Source of the DNA: Candidatus Harpocratesius repetitus
GTDB lineage: Archaea > Asgardarchaeota > Lokiarchaeia > Sigyniarchaeales > Promethearchaeaceae
Assembly (NCBI GenBank): GCA_021498095.1
Contig: JAIZWK010000001.1
Span: 240,001-272,000 of the forward strand
Length of the DNA: 32,000 nt
Reading direction: 5' to 3'
A model generated the notes under the pieces. It was not told the DNA's origin. It searched no databases and saw nothing but the letters and a program-made list of their open reading frames with translations. The position numbers and the translations under genes were made by a program. Shown one piece after another: positions 27,986-32,000 of this stretch. How positions within the stretch are numbered: the first letter of the stretch is position 1; each line of letters starts with the position of its first letter.

Positions 27986-30900
27986 TTAGGAAATTAGCTG
28001 ATAATTAAATTCCAAGTACCCAGAGGATCCTAAAGATTGAATTTTAATCAGATAATAATCTTCAGGACCTTGTGGATCAAAATGCACACTAAAGCTTCCA
28101 TCAGAATACTCATTTAAATCTATAAAATTAGTTCCATTTTCTATCAGCCAAACACTTGCATTAAGCTGAGTGTGGAAAAATTGCCAGTTAAAAGCATTCT
28201 GAATTAAATTCAAAATATATGTATTTCCCCATACTACAGATGTTAAATTCAGCCATATTGCTTGATCATATCCTCCGAAATAAGAATCAGCATAAGTAGG
28301 CAAAAACCATTGTAAAGTCTCTCCTTCACTTACTGGTAAGGGATTATAAACCGATCCTAATGGGGCTTCAAGGAATTCCAATGGGATGGGTTCCACAAAT
28401 AGTGAAACATTCGCAAAACCTTCGTTGAAAATCGAATTTATCAGAATACTTATTGAATTTATTTCTTCGCCATTTATGGCAATCGGCTGTGGTAATCCAG
28501 GTAAATCAGAACGCATCATATAGGATTTGTTTTCGCTTGATTGGTAATGGTAAATTAACGTTAAGAAAATGGTTTGATTAACTTCAACATTCAAATCTAT
28601 TTGAGTATGATTGCTTATTTCGATCTTCCAAACATAGTTTTCAAATTCATTAAGTAAAATTGATTCAGTTAATGTCTCCCCTGTAAACTGAAGAAAAGTA
28701 TTAGCTTCTGCTTGATCATTAACATTAGGAAGTCCTGGTGTAGGTTGAGTTTCAAACCAATTCTCTCCACTATCTTTGTCTTCCCCAAAGCGACTTATTG
28801 TATTATGAGGATCTGTACAATAGGGAGCAGGAAACTCTGGATCCCATCCAAAGTCCTCAATAATTTGTGGGTCAGAATCTTGCATCCATAATACTGAATC
28901 AAGAATTTGACTTTCATTATCAAGTAATTCTATTCCACCAAATGTTTCATCTAAATCTACAGCTGCATGCAAGAAAATATATTTTGAGAGAGATGTATTA
29001 CATAATTCTATTCCTAAATTACTTGGTATTTCTTGTAAAAAGATACATAAATATTGATAGGGATCAATTGTAATGTTTGGTAATGGAATAATCTCACCTG
29101 ATCCAAAAGCTAAATGTAAAAGCCAGCCATTTGTTGAAACTGGTACATCTTCTGCGTTATAAATTTCCACATACTTATTCATAACATCGAAATCTATGAA
29201 ATTAACTTCAGTAAATGTTACGTTCTGCAGTGGGAGAAGAAACATAGTATCCAATTCTACAAGTGTACTATTTTCCAAATTTGGATTAAATTTAATTACC
29301 TGCACTTTTGTTACTTCTGAACTATCAATTACTATAGAGCTTTCATTATTATCCGGTGGTGTGAGGATGAAGCTTATTTTTTCTTTCGTACCGTCTTTTT
29401 TATGGAGAATCACTGTTATATACATCTTCCCATCTGCTTTCACAGTTAAATTAAATCTACCGGTTGCCTTTGAACAATCGATTTCTTCCAATAAAGCTTC
29501 AGTAGGACCTGCAAATGCAGAATCTGAAACACTATGAGTATCATTATGAATTAATATTTCATCAGGAGTAACTTGAGGAGCGCCATTTGCTGTTGGGGCT
29601 TCTGTTACCCGCCATACATTCATTTCATTCAAAATTTCTTCAAATGGTTTTCCTAATACTTTTTCAATTGCCTTTTTTGCACTAACCTTTTGGGTACCAT
29701 TCTTATACTGCTCAATGGCTTCATGTATTTGCTTTAATTTGTCTTCTCCGTATTTTTCCTTAATGAATTTAATTAGAAAGAAAGAAGCAATATATTCATC
29801 ATATCCCCCTTCCCACTCTCCAAAAGGAGAATCACTAAGATATTTTGCATGATCATACCAATTGTGGTCATTTACTCTTTCAAATTCTTTCATTACTTCA
29901 ACCATAGATTTTTTGAAATTTTTCATAGTAGATAAAATCCCAAACCAAACAGCCATTCCTTCGTCAAACCACCATTCGGGTTCTTCTGTTTCATGTGCCG
30001 TGCCATTTCCGCCAGCATGCTTAATTTGTAAAGTATGAAACATTTCATGCTCTACGGTATATTTAAGTGAGACGTCTGATTTCTTTTTTCCGATATCTAT
30101 TTTGATATCTCCTGTTTCTGGGTCGCAAGATCCTGAACTTTCATCACTCGTACCGTTAGCAAAGGTAATATTAACATAACCATCACCCCCTGTCTCAGGG
30201 TATCCATAACCTAATTTATGATAAAGATCGATGGAATATGTCGCATATTCTGTTATTTTCTTCTTAGCTTCCTTTACAGTCGGATGTCCATCCTTTTTAG
30301 GGGTTTTTCCTATGTAATATGTCCCTTCATTGGGGATATAATTAATTCGACCATTTTGGGCGCTTACAGTTTGGTTCGTATTTGGAACTGGAATCAAGAA
30401 TACATTTGGTAAAGCGGGTGTAGGAATGCTAGAAAACCAATTTGCAGATGTATTGTCATTATAACCCCAAATACTTAAACTCTCATTATCTAATGCAACC
30501 AACGAACTATTTACTAAGCTCCAAAAGGGAAAATTAGCAGTTATTGAAGTGCCCCATGCTAATGTATCGATTATTTTGCCTTCATTATCTCGAAGAATGA
30601 TTCCACCTTCAGTATTGTCCAAAAACTCTGAAGAATAATTCAGAAACACATCAATTGAGTGTTTTTCACGATTAACTTCAGATGGCCACTTATCTGAGGA
30701 TCCTATATGAAGTGCGATGTAATCAAATTCTTGGATGTTTAAAGCAGGTAATTCAATGATTTCACCATTAGTAGATTCAATTTTCCATCCTTCTATCGAT
30801 AATGTAGTATTGCCAAAGTAATAAAGTTCAATCCACTCCAGTCCAGGAGTATCAGCATGATAACTTACTTCATTAAATTGAAATGGAACGAACTTGAATT

Positions 30901-31012
30901 TTTCTTCAGTTTCTACAAGTTTAGGCCAATAATAATACCAACCTGCGAATCCTCCACCAATTAACGCAATAAATATAGCAACAATTATTATATTTTTTCC
31001 TTTTTTTACCAT
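27986..31012 (-). CDS. Membrane-anchored extracellular protein: lamin-tail domain + gluzincin metallopeptidase + lamin-tail domain + C-terminal beta-rich region
   Basis: N-terminal signal anchor; LTD1 (FNEV..EWIELY..GWKI..DTLAWG..PTPALPN); HEMFH (30035-30049) with downstream WFDEG; LTD2 (FTEV..YVEIYN..NGW..DSVLW..PTPGLPN). Confidence 0.8.
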   Translation of the reverse strand: MVKKGKNIIIVAIFIALIGGGFAGWYYYWPKLVETEEKFKFVPFQFNEVSYHADTPGLEWIELYYFGNTTLSIEGWKIESTNGEIIELPALNIQEFDYIALHIGSSDKWPSEVNREKHSIDVFLNYSSEFLDNTEGGIILRDNEGKIIDTLAWGTSITANFPFWSLVNSSLVALDNESLSIWGYNDNTSANWFSSIPTPALPNVFLIPVPNTNQTVSAQNGRINYIPNEGTYYIGKTPKKDGHPTVKEAKKKITEYATYSIDLYHKLGYGYPETGGDGYVNITFANGTSDESSGSCDPETGDIKIDIGKKKSDVSLKYTVEHEMFHTLQIKHAGGNGTAHETEEPEWWFDEGMAVWFGILSTMKNFKKSMVEVMKEFERVNDHNWYDHAKYLSDSPFGEWEGGYDEYIASFFLIKFIKEKYGEDKLKQIHEAIEQYKNGTQKVSAKKAIEKVLGKPFEEILNEMNVWRVTEAPTANGAPQVTPDEILIHNDTHSVSDSAFAGPTEALLEEIDCSKATGRFNLTVKADGKMYITVILHKKDGTKEKISFILTPPDNNESSIVIDSSEVTKVQVIKFNPNLENSTLVELDTMFLLPLQNVTFTEVNFIDFDVMNKYVEIYNAEDVPVSTNGWLLHLAFGSGEIIPLPNITIDPYQYLCIFLQEIPSNLGIELCNTSLSKYIFLHAAVDLDETFGGIELLDNESQILDSVLWMQDSDPQIIEDFGWDPEFPAPYCTDPHNTISRFGEDKDSGENWFETQPTPGLPNVNDQAEANTFLQFTGETLTESILLNEFENYVWKIEISNHTQIDLNVEVNQTIFLTLIYHYQSSENKSYMMRSDLPGLPQPIAINGEEINSISILINSIFNEGFANVSLFVEPIPLEFLEAPLGSVYNPLPVSEGETLQWFLPTYADSYFGGYDQAIWLNLTSVVWGNTYILNLIQNAFNWQFFHTQLNASVWLIENGTNFIDLNEYSDGSFSVHFDPQGPEDYYLIKIQSLGSSGYLEFNYQLIS

Positions 31013-31564
31013 ATTTTTTACACTTTCTAAAAAAATAAATTATATCAATATTAAAGAATAAATGTTAAAAGGTTACTTAGTTTCCTTTTTCAATACTTAT
31101 TTGCTTATTTCCATAATAATTGTTCTTCAATCTACTACTGAATTTACCATTAAAAGCTGTAATAATGAATTTGTTGTTTGATAATTTTAAGGAAAATGAA
31201 ATGTGGAAAAAAGTAGGTTCACCCGAAACGAAAATGTCGAAAACAAACCATTTTTATAGGTGGATTGATATTATTCTTTATAGTAGAAAATATGTCTTAT
31301 TTTTAAATGCACAAAACATTTTATTATAAGATATATTTATTAATTAATTAATTTCTTATCATTCTTTTTTAAAGCATGTTGTATTATTATTTTAAAACCA
31401 ACATATATTAAATTAAAAAAATTATGATATAATGCCAAAACCATGAAAAAGAACTGCGAGAAATAATCTTTCTCCAAAATAATTGCATATAAAACAAACA
31501 AATTCAGTATAAATAAATTCAATACTGAAGAGCTGCGTTAAACAAGAGGGAATAGTGGAAAAGA

Positions 31565-32000
31565 ATGTCAATAACGAAAAAACAAAACAAATCACCAGAA
31601 GAACAAGAATTGGAAGATTTTTTTAAGAAAAGTTTATTTAAAGAAGGGTTAGCTCGATGCCATGAAATGAAGGATAATCCATTTGTTTCAGAGAAGACAA
31701 AACTGAAAATAGGGATCTTTCAATTGCGCTTTATGGAAAAACTTGAAAAATTTGAAGAAGGCATCAAACATGCGGACTCATTGCTGAAATCAGAACCAAT
31801 TCGACTCTCTTCTATTCTAAAGGTAGAAGTTCTAACAGAATTGACTAAAATTTATTTTTCAAAAAGTGATTTAAATCTTGTTATTAAAACCATTCAACAA
31901 GCAGAAGAACTACTTTACCATGACAAATCTTTATCTAATGAAGAATTGGAGCAAAAAATGGCAGATTTAGTTCTACTTCGAGGGGGGTATGAATGGCATC
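31565..32000 (+). CDS. TPR-like helical-repeat protein, 5' part only (runs off the window)
   Basis: My translation from ATG 31565 is open to the window end: MSITKKQNKSPEEQELEDFFKKSLFKEGLARC..KFEEGIKHADSLL..LTELTKIYFSKSDLNLVIKTIQQAEELL..ADLVLLRGGYEWH. Confidence 0.7.
   Translation, partial: MSITKKQNKSPEEQELEDFFKKSLFKEGLARCHEMKDNPFVSEKTKLKIGIFQLRFMEKLEKFEEGIKHADSLLKSEPIRLSSILKVEVLTELTKIYFSKSDLNLVIKTIQQAEELLYHDKSLSNEELEQKMADLVLLRGGYEWH

Noticed and set aside
27986-31012. Lamin-tail domains as evidence for a nuclear-lamin precursor
   Set aside because: LTDs are widespread in secreted prokaryotic enzymes; this protein is extracellular and has no intermediate-filament rod.
1-32000. CRISPR array or rRNA
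   Set aside because: No regularly spaced direct repeats or rRNA-like GC-rich conserved segments were seen.

Overview
AT-rich archaeal chromosomal window, most likely from an Asgard archaeon of the Lokiarchaeia type. That assignment is inference, based on an intron-containing tRNA, tandem archaeal histones, GGAGG/GGTGA ribosome-binding motifs, and TPR, lamin-tail and CxxC..HxxH proteins. Housekeeping and metabolic genes: tRNA-Cys(GCA) with a 22-nt intron divergent from cysS, a sugar-phosphate nucleotidyltransferase, threonine aldolase, a long-chain acyl-CoA ligase, an ATP-grasp protein and a CsaA/Trbp111-like OB-fold protein. The stretch 7.2-10.3 kb is decayed. It holds a doubly frameshifted DDE transposase bounded by imperfect TIRs, a deletion scar fusing an ICMT-family gene tail to a GNAT gene tail, and a 258-bp MITE-like element with 40-bp inverted repeats. 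The most interesting items are four. (1) A P2-type ATPase with an intact catalytic core whose ion-binding site is rewritten (M4 PEGLP to PLNFP; M6 Asn/Asp lost). (2) A cytoplasmic protein resembling IFT52, with a GIFT domain, linkers and coiled coils. (3) Two tandem variant histones lacking the canonical DNA-clamp arginines, preceded by a structured leader. (4) A membrane-anchored LTD-gluzincin-LTD surface protease. All family calls come from motif recognition by eye; no searches were run.
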